Shown here piece after piece: positions 1 through 10,230 of a stretch of DNA of 64,000 nucleotides (within the stretch, counting starts at the first letter, position 1; the number at the start of each line of letters is the position of its first letter). Below the pieces are notes generated by a model. The model did not search any database. It saw nothing but the letters and a program-made list of their open reading frames with translations, and was not told the DNA's origin. The DNA comes from Cyanobacteria bacterium P01_A01_bin.123 (lineage in GTDB: Bacteria; Cyanobacteriota; Cyanobacteriia; Phormidesmidales; Phormidesmidaceae): the NCBI GenBank assembly GCA_039815185.1, contig JBCBZT010000011.1:64001-128000 (forward strand), given 5' to 3'. A program made the position numbers and the translations under genes.

Positions 1-1
1 C

Positions 2-301
2 ATCCGCTACAAACTGGTTGACAAAGTCAAAGACCATACGGGCTATGCCGATCTAGAAACCCTGTTTGGCTGGGAGATCGCCCACCGCGATGACAAACAC
101 CGTAAACGCCGCAAAATTCAGCAGTTGATCGTGGACGAGATTACGTTCGTCTTTTCCGGCGTGATTGCCCTATCCGCATTCTGGTTTTTGGTACCCAAGC
201 CTCCGCTAGGTGTGACGATTCTGTCCTGGGTAGAGCTTCTGCTGTTAATCGTGCTGGGAGTCGAGACGTTTATTTACGCTGATCTGGCAAAAGGTCGTTG
301 A
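2..301 (+). CDS. 3' end of a membrane protein (truncated by window edge)
   Basis: Open frame from base 2 (IRYKLVDKVK...FGWEIAHR...) with two hydrophobic segments, ending ADLAKGR-TGA at 299-301. Confidence 0.7.
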   Translation: MRYKLVDKVKDHTGYADLETLFGWEIAHRDDKHRKRRKIQQLIVDEITFVFSGVIALSAFWFLVPKPPLGVTILSWVELLLLIVLGVETFIYADLAKGR

Positions 302-335
302 TCCGCTAGAAGCGCTAGAGGTAGATAAAAATCTA

Positions 336-407
336 AGGCCCCCCCTAGCCCCCCAATCCTGGGGAGGACAAGGCTCAAAGCCCCCAATCTTGGGGGTTTG
401 GGGGCCT
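336..407. repeat. Palindromic cyanobacterial small dispersed repeat
   Basis: AGGCCCCC...GGGGGCCT outer inverted repeat enclosing two CCCCCAATC(C/T)TGGGG hairpins. Confidence 0.7.
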
Positions 408-506
408 CAAACATCTTTGATAACTTTAACAGTCGCTTTCTCTCAGAAATATCTTTTGGCTAAAGAATCAGCCCTAACCAGGATCGGGGAGCAGGAGGGC
501 TCCCAG

Positions 507-611
507 TATAGCCGTAGCCACAAAGCTTTGTGCGCTACGGCGAGCCAGATTGTTTGTGTGTTGAATATCCCAGCGGTACTAGGTGCATTAAGCAATCTGG
601 CCAGCGCTATA
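507..611 (+). mobile_element. 105-bp MITE-like element, copy 1
   Basis: TATAGC...GCTATA termini and internal palindrome CACAAAGCTTTGTG; near-identical 105-bp copy at 6840-6944. Confidence 0.8.
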
Positions 612-730
612 TATTTTTTTGGAGAAATCACCCAACAGGCGATCGCAGATTGGCATTCTTGGGTCAATCAGGGTGTCGTGAAAAACAGCGACGCCAGAGG
701 ATGACATCGCTGTTTTGCTGTGTGAGATGA

Positions 731-754
731 GGGGTGAATCCTTGAATTCACCCT
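731..754 (-). terminator. Hairpin after the SPFH gene
   Basis: GGGTGAAT-CCTTGA-ATTCACCC just past the stop at 760. Confidence 0.45.
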
Positions 755-759
755 GCTGA

Positions 760-1719
760 TTAAGAGAGTGTCTCGTTATCGGTGACGATTGACCTCATCC
801 CCTCAAGGGTTGCAGGGATGCTGCGGGGATCCATAAACATCACCTTGCTGCTGCCGCTGGTACCAATCTCCTGACCCATATCGAAATAACCCTTAGCCAC
901 CAAAAACTGGAGGGCTTTGTTGGCATTGGGATCTTCTCTCAAGGTTTTCGCAATCACCTGCATGGCCTCAGAGGTAGCTTGGGCTTTGAGCACCTGTTCT
1001 TGGCGATAAGCTTGAGCCCGTAACACAATGGTCTTTTGATCCGCTTCAGCGGCCAAGATGGCGGCTTTTTGTTGCGCCTCTGCCGAGAGCACTTCCGCTT
1101 CCGCACGACCGCGGGCACTGTTCACAGCGGATTCCCTTTCCCCTTCAGAGGTCAAGACAGCGGCCCGCTTTTGCCGTTCTGCAGTCATTTGCAGTTCCAT
1201 GGAATCTTGAACGGCTTTGGAAGGCATAATGTCGCGCAGCTCAACGCGGGTTACCTTGACGCCCCAGGGATCGGTGGAAATATCGAGTTCCCGCAGCAGC
1301 AGTTCATTGATCTCAGAACGAGCGGTGAAGGTTTCGTCGAGTTCGAGTTTGCCGATTTCTGCCCGAATTTGGGTCAGCACCAGATTGACGATGGCCGCTC
1401 TCAAGTTTTCGACTTTGTAGTAGGCCTTTTCCAGATCGACGATGCGCCAATAAACGACCGCGTCAGCGTCTACGGAGACATTATCGCGGGTGATACAGGG
1501 TTGTTTGGGCACATCTAACACCCGTTCGCGCACGGTTTGGCGATAGGCGACGCGATCCACAAAGGGCACCATAAAATTGAGCCCTGGATTCAGCTTTTTG
1601 CCGTTATAGCGACCCAGGGTTTCAACCAGGGCTTCGTCTCCCTGGTTAATGATTTTGACAGAACTGGCGGCAACAGAACCGCCAAGGGCCAAGATAATCA
1701 GAAAAGCAAATGGGTTCAT
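760..1719 (-). CDS. SPFH/band-7 (stomatin/QmcA-like) membrane protein
   Basis: N-terminal TM helix, [32 protein letters not shown], Ala/Glu coiled coil. Confidence 0.93.
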   Translation of the reverse strand: MNPFAFLIILALGGSVAASSVKIINQGDEALVETLGRYNGKKLNPGLNFMVPFVDRVAYRQTVRERVLDVPKQPCITRDNVSVDADAVVYWRIVDLEKAYYKVENLRAAIVNLVLTQIRAEIGKLELDETFTARSEINELLLRELDISTDPWGVKVTRVELRDIMPSKAVQDSMELQMTAERQKRAAVLTSEGERESAVNSARGRAEAEVLSAEAQQKAAILAAEADQKTIVLRAQAYRQEQVLKAQATSEAMQVIAKTLREDPNANKALQFLVAKGYFDMGQEIGTSGSSKVMFMDPRSIPATLEGMRSIVTDNETLS

Positions 1720-1740
1720 AAATTAAAGCCTCTTGAATTT

Positions 1741-2166
1741 TTAAGGATGCAGTTCGCGCTCTGGAATAACAAACAGCGTATTGCCTTTGCGACCTACCAC
1801 AAGAACAGGTTCGTTGGCATCAATGGTCGTGGTGCGATCTTCGCAGCGGGCTTGCCAAGAATTGCCTTCGTACAGGACTCGTCCGGCTTCGCCGGGGGCG
1901 ATCGCGGTTAGGGTTCTGCCCTCAGTCTCTTCTGCGATCGCCCGGGGTGTCTTCTTGGGGCTAAATCGCTTGAGTAAGACAATAAACAGGAGCGAAAACA
2001 CCATCCACAGCACAACTTGCAGGTTGAAGGAGGGCACGACCAGGGTTAGCAAGGCCACAACAAAGGCCGCCACCCCTAGGGCAGATTCGACAAAGGCAGT
2101 TGGTACTAGCAGCTCTAAGAAGCACAGCGCGGCACCAATAATGACCCAGAACAAGGCGAGACTCAT
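1741..2166 (-). CDS. NfeD-like membrane protein (SPFH partner)
   Basis: Hydrophobic N-terminus plus GRVLYEGNSWQA OB-fold motif, directly upstream of the SPFH gene; ATG at 2166 chosen as start. Confidence 0.88.
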   Translation of the reverse strand: MSLALFWVIIGAALCFLELLVPTAFVESALGVAAFVVALLTLVVPSFNLQVVLWMVFSLLFIVLLKRFSPKKTPRAIAEETEGRTLTAIAPGEAGRVLYEGNSWQARCEDRTTTIDANEPVLVVGRKGNTLFVIPERELHP

Positions 2167-2563
2167 AGTCAATCCCGGTTTTCTAACTAAACCTCGTCCA
2201 CATCCAGATCCATCATTGTCCCCTAAGCTAAAAGCCCAAGGTATCAAATCGGATGTGGTTTAATTCACAATTTTTCGATCCAATTCCGTACACTAAGCCT
2301 AATCCAGTGCAAAATTTGATGCTTCTCTTTAGGGAAAATCGTTGCGTTAGACGGGCACAAAGGCCGCTAAAACGCTAAGAGGACTACAAATTTCGCAGGG
2401 AACTGGGTCAAAATTTTTGAGTGCCCCGAGCGAATTGTCTAAAATCCTCTAGGATTAATCTAACTTTGACGACGAAGTCTGTATTCACCTGATTACTTTG
2501 TCTTAAGACCTGATGAATTGTCTTAACAGATAAACACCTAAACACCGTCCCGCTGCTTTGGCC

Positions 2564-4636
2564 ATGAACGTTTCTGAGTCAGTCCCATTCCGTGTAAAAC
2601 AGTATCTCTGGGCCGTTGGCGCAGCAGCAGCGGCTGTGGGAGTGGGTAAGCGTGTGGGAGATCGCTATCAGGTGGTTGCCCCCCAAATCTGGCTCGACAC
2701 CCAACCCGATGATCTACCAGAATTCCCTGAAACGCCTCCTGAAGCGGCCTTACCTTACCTATTGGCCCACCCCCATCGACTCCACGTGCCAGGAGTCTAC
2801 GGGGTTGTGTCACCCCAAAGGGGCGCAGAGATTGGTCAGTCCCAGAGGGGCGCAGAGATTGGCCAGTCCCAGAGGGGCGCAGAGATTGGCCCGCCTCAGA
2901 AGAACACAGAGCGCGACGCGTCCCAAGCCGCCATAGAGGTCGGATTATCTCAGCGGGACTCAGAAGTTTTATCGTCTCCTTGGGATACAGAGGTCGAGCC
3001 ATCTCCTTGGGATACGGAGATCGAATCGCCTCAAGCAGAAGCAGAGGGAGGGGCGTCCCCAGCGGAACCGCCGATTCTGCTGCTTGATAATGCGCCGATT
3101 GATCGCGGCGGTAAGCTGTATCCAACACTGCAAGACCGTTGGGCTGATACCGTTTCGGTGCGACAACTGCATTGGCTGTGGCAACTCCTTGAACTGTGGA
3201 CACCGCTTAAACAACTGGGCCTAGCAGCCAGCTTACTTGAGCGCGACAATATTCGGGTGGAAGGTTGGCGAGTGCGGTTGCGGACGCTCCAAGCGGTGCC
3301 AGTCGATCCGGCCCTGTCTGATTTGCTGCGGAGTTGGCAGCCCTTGCTGAAGCAGGCACAGCCGCCGATTGCCGAAGCGCTGGCTGCAGTACTCAATCCA
3401 AATAACCCAGAAGCGTCTACCCTAGAGGCGATCGCGGCAGGGTTAAACCAACTCCTGCTTAAACAAACAGGGCAGTTGTCGATTCAGCTTTATGCTGGGG
3501 GCGCAACCACGGCTGGCCCGCTACACAAACGCAATGAAGACGCCTGCTATCCCAATAACTTAGACAAGCTGCAGACAGCACCGGGCATTATTCCCAACAT
3601 TGCCATTGTGTGTGATGGGTTGGGGGGCCACGAAGGGGGCGAAGTCGCTAGTCAGATGGTGGTGCGATCGCTCCAGCTCCAGCTCCGGGCTTTGCTGCGA
3701 GAGGTGATCGAGCAACCAGACTATCAATCACCAACCCGCATTGCCGAGCAAATCGAAGCAGCGGTCAGGGTAGTGAATAATTTAATCGCTAAACAAAACG
3801 ATAGCCAGGGGCGTAGCGATCGCCAACGCATGGGGAGCACCCTAACAATGGCGTTACAGCTCCCCCAGCGCGTCCGTACAGCCCAAGGTTGGGTCGCTAC
3901 CACCGAAGTCTACATTGCCCACGTGGGTGACAGCCGCGTCTACTGGATTACCCCCTCCTACTGCCACCTGCTGACCTTAGACGACGATATTGCGAGCCGG
4001 GAGGTTATAGCGGGTCGCAGCCTTTACCTCCAGGCAAAACAGCGACCCGATGCTGGGGCCTTGACCCAAGCCATTGGAACCCGCGAATCAGATGCCCTGA
4101 GGCTGCATATTCAACGGTTCATCATTGACGAAGAGGGCTTACTGCTGGTGTGTTCGGACGGCCTTAGCGACAATCGCCGGGTGGAAGAATCTTGGGCCAA
4201 CTACATTGGGCTGATTGTCAAAGACATCGTCACCTTAGAGGCAGCAGTAGAGTCTTTGATTGAGCTAGCCAATCAAAAAAACGGGCATGACAATGCTTCA
4301 GTGGTGCTGATGCGTTGCCGCGTCTCTCCAGAAGTCGTCCGCCCCGGCTCCCTCACCACTCGCCAAGACAACCTCCAGTTTGAAATGACCGAAGCCTCTA
4401 AAGCCCTACTCTACGGCGAGATTGACCCGGTGACAGGGAAACCTCCTGAAGCAGAACCCATCGAACTTGCGCCTGAGCCTAGCAGCTTCCCCCTCTCATC
4501 AAAGCAAATCCTAGGCGCGATCGCAGCATTAGTGCTAATCCTTGGCGTCGGTTGGGCCAGTTGGTGGTTCTTTGCCCGTTCTGGCAACAACGCACCGCCC
4601 GATGAGGGCAACACGCCGACCCAACTTGAACCTTAG
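2564..4636 (+). CDS. PP2C/PPM-family Ser/Thr phosphatase with N-terminal extension and C-terminal TM helix
   Basis: RNEDA, VCDGLGGHEGGEVAS, MGSTLT, HVGDSR, LTQAIG, CSDGL, GHDNASVV motifs. Confidence 0.92.
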   Translation: MNVSESVPFRVKQYLWAVGAAAAAVGVGKRVGDRYQVVAPQIWLDTQPDDLPEFPETPPEAALPYLLAHPHRLHVPGVYGVVSPQRGAEIGQSQRGAEIGQSQRGAEIGPPQKNTERDASQAAIEVGLSQRDSEVLSSPWDTEVEPSPWDTEIESPQAEAEGGASPAEPPILLLDNAPIDRGGKLYPTLQDRWADTVSVRQLHWLWQLLELWTPLKQLGLAASLLERDNIRVEGWRVRLRTLQAVPVDPALSDLLRSWQPLLKQAQPPIAEALAAVLNPNNPEASTLEAIAAGLNQLLLKQTGQLSIQLYAGGATTAGPLHKRNEDACYPNNLDKLQTAPGIIPNIAIVCDGLGGHEGGEVASQMVVRSLQLQLRALLREVIEQPDYQSPTRIAEQIEAAVRVVNNLIAKQNDSQGRSDRQRMGSTLTMALQLPQRVRTAQGWVATTEVYIAHVGDSRVYWITPSYCHLLTLDDDIASREVIAGRSLYLQAKQRPDAGALTQAIGTRESDALRLHIQRFIIDEEGLLLVCSDGLSDNRRVEESWANYIGLIVKDIVTLEAAVESLIELANQKNGHDNASVVLMRCRVSPEVVRPGSLTTRQDNLQFEMTEASKALLYGEIDPVTGKPPEAEPIELAPEPSSFPLSSKQILGAIAALVLILGVGWASWWFFARSGNNAPPDEGNTPTQLEP
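2813..3055 (+). repeat. In-frame 27-bp (9-aa) degenerate tandem array, about 9 units
   Basis: PQRGAEIGQ/SQRGAEIGQ/SQRGAEIGP/.../SPWDTEVEP/SPWDTEIES/PQAEAEGGA. Confidence 0.8.
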
Positions 4637-4671
4637 AGTTGCGCTTAGCTGATCAAGCGAATCGGTTTGAT

Positions 4672-4812
4672 AGGGAGTGGGGGAGTGATGGGGTAGGGGA
4701 GTTGGGGGAAGATGGGGGAAGTGGGGAGGAGAATTCGCTAACGCTCCTAACTCGATCCCCTAATCACTTCTAAACCCATTTCCCGATCACTCCATCACCC
4801 CATCACCCAAAC
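4672..4812. repeat. G-rich then C-rich short tandem repeat tract between convergent genes
   Basis: GGGAGTGATGGGGT... tract followed by complementary CACTCCATCACCCCATCACCC. Confidence 0.6.
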
Positions 4813-4820
4813 CCACCGTC

Positions 4821-5285
4821 TTAACCCAAAGCCGTCTCAATCGCAGCTTTTAAGTCAGCATCATCAGGGGCGACTTGGGGTTCAAAGCGGGCCTTGACTT
4901 CACCATCACGGCCCACAACAAACTTGCCAAAGTTCCAGGCGATATCTGGCCCATCACCCACAAGAAACTGATAAAGCGGGCTGCGATCAGCACCGTTCAC
5001 GTCTTGCTTTTCCAGCAGGGGAAAATCGACGTTGTACTTACTTGCTGTAAAGGCTTTGATCTCTTCGGGGCTGCCGGGTTCTTGGCTGCCAAACTGGTTG
5101 CAGGGCACGCCAATGACCATAAAATCGCGATCGCTATACGCCTTATTGAGAGCGACTAATCCATCATACTGGGGAGTCAGGCCACACTGACTGGCAACGT
5201 TGACAAATAGGACAACCTTACCGCTCACGGTATCAGGGGAGACGGGTGCTCCGTCTAGGGTGGTTAGAGGAGTGGGCAAAGGCAT
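4821..5285 (-). CDS. Glutathione peroxidase-family protein (Cys-type)
   Basis: NVASQCGLTPQY, GVPCNQFGSQEPG, WNFGKF signatures. Confidence 0.95.
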   Translation of the reverse strand: MPLPTPLTTLDGAPVSPDTVSGKVVLFVNVASQCGLTPQYDGLVALNKAYSDRDFMVIGVPCNQFGSQEPGSPEEIKAFTASKYNVDFPLLEKQDVNGADRSPLYQFLVGDGPDIAWNFGKFVVGRDGEVKARFEPQVAPDDADLKAAIETALG

Positions 5286-5345
5286 AGTAAATCACTCTTA
5301 CGCAACGCCTTCCATTATCAACCAATCGAGGCACGTCTGTTTACC

Positions 5346-6797
5346 CTATTGGGCTGAATCAACCTCTGATAATTGTGGGGTTGATGAACGGTGGGGACTC
5401 AGGGCAGCCCCGAGTAAATATCCCCCAACGCAAATCAGCAACCCGTAAACGTTTACGCCCAAATCCAGGGCATATTTGCCGCCACCCATCACCATCCACG
5501 CGGGGAAGATATGGGTACTCAGGGCATTTTCAAGCACGCGTAAGATGCCAAAGGTGAGCCCTGGCCAAAAGGCGAGGTGAAAACTCAAACGCCCAGCCTG
5601 TGGGATGAATGCCAAGAGGAAAATCGGTGCTAGCCCCATCACCATGGTGCCGCTGATGGTTGTGGCTTGAATGATCGCAGGGCCGACCCTGTCGCCCATG
5701 TAGATACTGAGCAAAGGAAGATTGCCTAAGAGTGCGATCGCGATAATCCACCAACGCCCCAGAAAAGCCTGCTTTTCGGTAGGGGCCCCTTTGCGGTTAT
5801 TCCAATCTCGTGCACCCAGCTTGGCCACACTAGAGAAGGTCGAATCTAAGGTAGACCCAGCACTGGTGAGCATAATGGCGTTGAACACCAACAACATCGG
5901 CAGGCCAAACAAGGCCGGTACCGCCAAGGAAGGACTGCCCTCAACGCCAAAGGCACGGGCATAAAGCCCCACACTACTAAAGAGAAAAATAAAGCCGCCG
6001 CTGATTAACCCAGCCAAGACAAACCCTTTGACCATCGTCTTAGGCCCGGTGATAAAAGCGCGATCAGTCATCACCGGATCATGGAACGGATAGCTAAAGA
6101 TTTGCACAAAGGCTAGACCGCAAAAGGTCAGTCCGGCCAAACTGGTTTCACCATCCGCTTGGGGAAGCCCTTGGTTGATCAAGCCAGGGCCGAGGGTTGC
6201 CAAAATCACGACTAGCAGCAGCGCCGCCAGTACCATTTGTGCGCCGTCAGTGAGCAAGCTGGAGCGCAATCCTCCCAGCAGGCTGTAATACACTGTGAAC
6301 GCCGTGACCATTAAGGCCGCAATCCAGTAACCGCCGCTGCCCTCAGCCCCAAAATAAAGGGAGAACACCTTTGTGTTAGACCACACTTCATTGATCAGGC
6401 GGACAGCGATCGCGATCAAAAACAAGCGGGCACACCATTTGCCATATTTACCGACTAAAAACTCAGGAATAGACCGATAGCCACCCCGCATCCGAATAAA
6501 GTAAAGGGCGACTGCTGCCGTAATAAAACTCAGGTAGTAAATGGCATAGCCCAGGCCACCGAGAATGCCAAAGGAATTGCCCAAGCTAGCTGCATTGTCA
6601 ATCGACTTGGCAAAAATCCAGGAGATCGCTGCACTGGAGACCAGTAGCCAGAGCCCTGGCGCTCGCCCCTGTTGAGACTGCCCTTCAAAAAACTCAGAGG
6701 CAGAGACCTTTTCCGGGGTCGTCGTTTGGACAATGCGATAGATAAAGAAGCCGTAGCCAGCCAACAGTGCCCACGTAATCGCAGTAGATAGCAACAT
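5346..6797 (-). CDS. Sodium:solute symporter family transporter
   Basis: Polytopic 483-aa protein with YSLLGGLRSSLLTDGAQ and SAGSTLDSTFSS SSS-type motifs. Confidence 0.85.
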   Translation of the reverse strand: MLLSTAITWALLAGYGFFIYRIVQTTTPEKVSASEFFEGQSQQGRAPGLWLLVSSAAISWIFAKSIDNAASLGNSFGILGGLGYAIYYLSFITAAVALYFIRMRGGYRSIPEFLVGKYGKWCARLFLIAIAVRLINEVWSNTKVFSLYFGAEGSGGYWIAALMVTAFTVYYSLLGGLRSSLLTDGAQMVLAALLLVVILATLGPGLINQGLPQADGETSLAGLTFCGLAFVQIFSYPFHDPVMTDRAFITGPKTMVKGFVLAGLISGGFIFLFSSVGLYARAFGVEGSPSLAVPALFGLPMLLVFNAIMLTSAGSTLDSTFSSVAKLGARDWNNRKGAPTEKQAFLGRWWIIAIALLGNLPLLSIYMGDRVGPAIIQATTISGTMVMGLAPIFLLAFIPQAGRLSFHLAFWPGLTFGILRVLENALSTHIFPAWMVMGGGKYALDLGVNVYGLLICVGGYLLGAALSPHRSSTPQLSEVDSAQ

Positions 6798-6839
6798 AGC
6801 GTTGTGTTGTAAAAATTAGAACTCAAAACTCAAACTTGC

Positions 6840-6944
6840 TATAGCCGTAGCCACAAAGCTTTGTGCGCTACGGCGAGCCAGATTGCCTGTGTGCTGGGCA
6901 TCCCAGCGAGACTAAGTGCATTAAGCAATCTGGCCAGCGCTATA
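6840..6944 (+). mobile_element. 105-bp MITE-like element, copy 2 (overlaps 3' end of the metallophosphoesterase gene)
   Basis: Same termini, length and internal palindrome as 507-611. Confidence 0.8.
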
Positions 6945-7769
6945 AATCAGCGCACAAGCTGCCTGCTCAGTCGGCGGCAAAATTTCGGCACAGGTCGTCC
7001 AGATGCCGGTTTCTAGTGATTCTGCAAATTCTTCAGGGAGCCCCTCTGCCCGCATCGCAGTCGCCACCGCACTGACGTCATAGTCCAGCGTCATGAGTCG
7101 AGGTAAAATCTCAGTGTCACGTCGTTCCAGCAAACCGTAGTGAACGTGGCGTTGGCCATTATTGGCGGGGCGACCGAGTACCCCAACGTTGAACCAGAAA
7201 CCTAGACGACCATCGGCCTGAACCACCTGCCGAACCCAAGGCAATCCCGAATGGGTAACGCAGATACCATCAACGCCGTAGCGCAAAAGATAGTCACAAA
7301 TCTGCTCATCTGAGGTCTCGGTTTCCCAAACAAACTCGTTGACCCGATCTGGGCTACCGTGGCAAAGCAATACGCTGCGATCGCCCCACGCTATGCGCAT
7401 CTGCTGAGGTAGCGTCTGCAGCCAGTCTCGATGGTGGATAGCCGTGTGGTCATAGGTGTAGTCATAGCTGATTTGGGCAAATCGGCGATCGCGCTCATCT
7501 GAATACCCACAGCCACAATCCCGTGCACCGTTGCCAATGGCGTCATCGTAATTTCCCTGGATACACATCACCCCCGCCTGCCGGATCAAATCCAGTGTCA
7601 GATTAGGACGGGGGCCAAATCCACCGATATCGCCCAGACAGAAGCGATGGGTAACCGTTTTAGTCGTGGCTAGGAACGCCTCAACTGCTGCAAAGTTACT
7701 GTAAGGTCCGCCGCATAAGGCAAGACGCAAACAGTCAGGTGACACCGTTAAAGTAGGAACATCGGCCAT
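6921..7769 (-). CDS. Calcineurin-like metallophosphoesterase
   Basis: LGDIGGFG, GNYD, CHGSP, THSG, NVGVLG motifs; first motif is variant (GGPYSN); DCGCGY insert. Confidence 0.85.
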   Translation of the reverse strand: MADVPTLTVSPDCLRLALCGGPYSNFAAVEAFLATTKTVTHRFCLGDIGGFGPRPNLTLDLIRQAGVMCIQGNYDDAIGNGARDCGCGYSDERDRRFAQISYDYTYDHTAIHHRDWLQTLPQQMRIAWGDRSVLLCHGSPDRVNEFVWETETSDEQICDYLLRYGVDGICVTHSGLPWVRQVVQADGRLGFWFNVGVLGRPANNGQRHVHYGLLERRDTEILPRLMTLDYDVSAVATAMRAEGLPEEFAESLETGIWTTCAEILPPTEQAACALIYSAGQIA

Positions 7770-8378
7770 AGTTTGGGTAAGCGCAGGGGCTAATCAGACA
7801 ACAAATTGAGTCTCAGTCAAACCCCGCAGGACTTGCTCACAGTGAACAAGCTAGAGGTTTAAAGCCGAGTTAAGTTTGAGTATTCCTGATTTAACCAGAA
7901 ACCCGCTGAACTGCGGATGAATTTTCCCTGAGAAATAAGCAGTCTGCCCAAAAAGATGCCTATACGAGGCTCAGCTCAGTCCTTTGGCGTTTCCTGATAG
8001 GCAAAATTCCAGGTCTGAACGTGGAAACGGTTTAAAGCAAGCTCTCACTGAGCTGAATAGATAGAAGAACGTTTGAGATCACCGCAACCAGACTCAGACT
8101 AACGAAAGCTGATTATGCTGCCCTGCTGCGATGGCAAGGCTCGCTTTAAAGTAGCTTTTGGCAGTAACCCTGCTGCCGATTCAGCACAGGAAAGTCCTTT
8201 CTCTAACCTTAACTTTCGGCTGTTCTAATGGGTGAGGCAAAATAAATCTTGGCCACATCCAAACCTGTCGCTTTTCTTAAGTTCAGTATTCAAGCTTGCA
8301 AACCAGACGGGGTTTAGCCTGAAAGTTTTTGACAATTTCCCCTGAGTTCTGCCAGTCAATATCTTTAACTTGAAATCT

Positions 8379-10121
8379 ATGCCATCCAGCTCTAAATTGT
8401 CTTCAGTCTGGCAGCGTCTAAAAAGTGGAAGAATAACCTGTGAGCAAGCGCTAAACCTGTTACGTAACGACCAGGGAAAATTAGCGTTAGAGCTGCTAGA
8501 CAGGGAAGTTGAGCGTCGCTTTTTCCAAAAGTTTCCCGATCTCACGACGCTGCCCCCAGTTATCCCCCTATTGCTGTGGCGCAACTGCTACTACTTAGGC
8601 AGTCCCCATCACTTGACCGCTGAGGTTGTCAGCCATTTACAAGCCTATACCCAAGCAGACGTCCAAATTCTCCCCATTACGGCGAAGTGCTATCGCAAGT
8701 GGTACCACGCTAAAAATTTAGACCCTGCCAGCATTAATGCTGGCCAACTGCTCAATCCACTGACCGGCCAGCATGAGCAAGAAGATATTAGCGAAACAAC
8801 TGAACTGTTTTTGTCTCACGCTGTCGATCAGGTGGAACGGATCAAAACTATCATCGCGAGTGCCCTGCGCAACCGCGCCAGTGACGTTCATTTAGAACCC
8901 ACCCCCGATGGGCTCCGCGTCCGTTATCGCATTGACGGGGTGCTGCGCGACATTACCCTATTGCCAGCTGAGTTGGGACGTCGGGTCGTGGTGGCGCTCA
9001 AAGTGATGGCAAACATGGATATTTCTGACAGCCGTCGCCCCCACGATGGTCGCATTGGAGAAAGATATGCGTCAGAGGCGGGAGCCGACTTGGGCATGGA
9101 TATGCGCGTGAGCACATTGCCCTGTGTCGGCGGCGAGAAGGCTGTTGTGCGCCTGCTGCCGCGAAAAAATCCCTTTTCCACCGTTGATAAGCTGGGCTTT
9201 TCACCCACGGTCTTACCAACTTATAAGACCTGGTTACAACAGCCCCAGGGGTTGATTATCTTTACCGGGCCAACCGGTTCGGGTAAGACCAGCACGCTTT
9301 ATACCAGTTTGCAGGCGATCGCCCAAGAACATGTCAACGTCGTCACGGTAGAAGACCCGGTCGAGTACGTGTTGCCGCGCATCACTCAAACCCAGGTCAA
9401 CGAGGCCGCAGGCATGACCTTCGCCGCCGGTATCCGCGCTATTTTACGCCAAGATCCCGACATCGTTATGGTAGGGGAAGTCCGCGACCCCGAAACTGCT
9501 GAAACCGCTATTCGTGCTGCCTTAACGGGGCACTTGGTCTTCACGACGCTGCACACCAACGACGCCATCGGGGCCATTCCGCGCCTTAAGGACATTGGCC
9601 CTGATCCGGGGTTGGTGAGTGATGCCTTGTTGGGGGTAATTGCCCAACGCTTGGTTCGACGGATCTGCCCCCACTGTGCTGAACCCCACTTACCCAAACC
9701 TGAAGCGCTAGAACGCTTTGGCTTGCAAAGCAAGACCGTGGATATCAGTAATTGTCGGATCGGGCGCGGTTGCAACCAGTGTTTTGGCTCTGGCTATTTG
9801 GGTCGCGAAGCCGTTGTGGAGATGGTGGAAGTAAACGACACCATTCGAGAAATCATCCATGAAGGCAATACTACGGATCTACGTCACTATCTTCACGAGA
9901 TTGATTTTATGAGCTTCCGTAAGGCAGCGGTAGAGAAGGTCATAACCGGAATCACTACTTTTGATGAAGTGTCCCGTGTGTTACCCCACAGTGCCCTACG
10001 TAGACCCCAGACAGTCCGCAGCCAAAAGCTGAAGTCAGAGCTACGATGGCCCACACAGCCGGCAACGGCTAATACGCCAAAGTTGATCGCACCCCTAGTG
10101 CATCCAGACCCCCGTTCATAA
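8379..10121 (+). CDS. GspE/PulE/PilB-family secretion/pilus ATPase
   Basis: ASDVHLEP, Walker A GPTGSGKT, TVEDPVE, LRQDPD, GHLVFTTLHTN, CPHC/CNQC zinc site. Confidence 0.95.
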   Translation: MPSSSKLSSVWQRLKSGRITCEQALNLLRNDQGKLALELLDREVERRFFQKFPDLTTLPPVIPLLLWRNCYYLGSPHHLTAEVVSHLQAYTQADVQILPITAKCYRKWYHAKNLDPASINAGQLLNPLTGQHEQEDISETTELFLSHAVDQVERIKTIIASALRNRASDVHLEPTPDGLRVRYRIDGVLRDITLLPAELGRRVVVALKVMANMDISDSRRPHDGRIGERYASEAGADLGMDMRVSTLPCVGGEKAVVRLLPRKNPFSTVDKLGFSPTVLPTYKTWLQQPQGLIIFTGPTGSGKTSTLYTSLQAIAQEHVNVVTVEDPVEYVLPRITQTQVNEAAGMTFAAGIRAILRQDPDIVMVGEVRDPETAETAIRAALTGHLVFTTLHTNDAIGAIPRLKDIGPDPGLVSDALLGVIAQRLVRRICPHCAEPHLPKPEALERFGLQSKTVDISNCRIGRGCNQCFGSGYLGREAVVEMVEVNDTIREIIHEGNTTDLRHYLHEIDFMSFRKAAVEKVITGITTFDEVSRVLPHSALRRPQTVRSQKLKSELRWPTQPATANTPKLIAPLVHPDPRS

Positions 10122-10122
10122 A

Positions 10123-10230
10123 TCCAGCGCCATTGCGCCTCTAGAAAAGTACTCCAGTGTCGCTGGGATGCTCAGCACACCAGCAATCTGACTCGCAGTA
10201 GCGCACAAAGCTTTGTGCGCTACTGCTATC
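10123..10230 (-). mobile_element. Diverged MITE copy 3 (inverted orientation)
   Basis: Perfect palindrome GCAGTAGCGCACAAAGCTTTGTGCGCTACTGC; about 70 bp aligns with the reverse complement of copies 1 and 2. Confidence 0.7.

Noticed and set aside
390..730. Short ORFs at 390-730 and the similar ORF at 6863-7075
   Set aside because: Their similarity comes from the MITE; no independent sign of coding
2813..2895. 27-bp direct repeats as a CRISPR array
   Set aside because: Units are contiguous with no spacers, lie in frame within a CDS, and no cas genes are present
4821..5285. Selenocysteine-containing glutathione peroxidase
   Set aside because: The active-site codon is Cys and there is no in-frame TGA
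7995..8030. GCAAAATTCCAGGTCTGAA resembling part of a c-di-GMP-I riboswitch
   Set aside because: The upstream GGCAAAC-GAAA stem and the closing helix are absent
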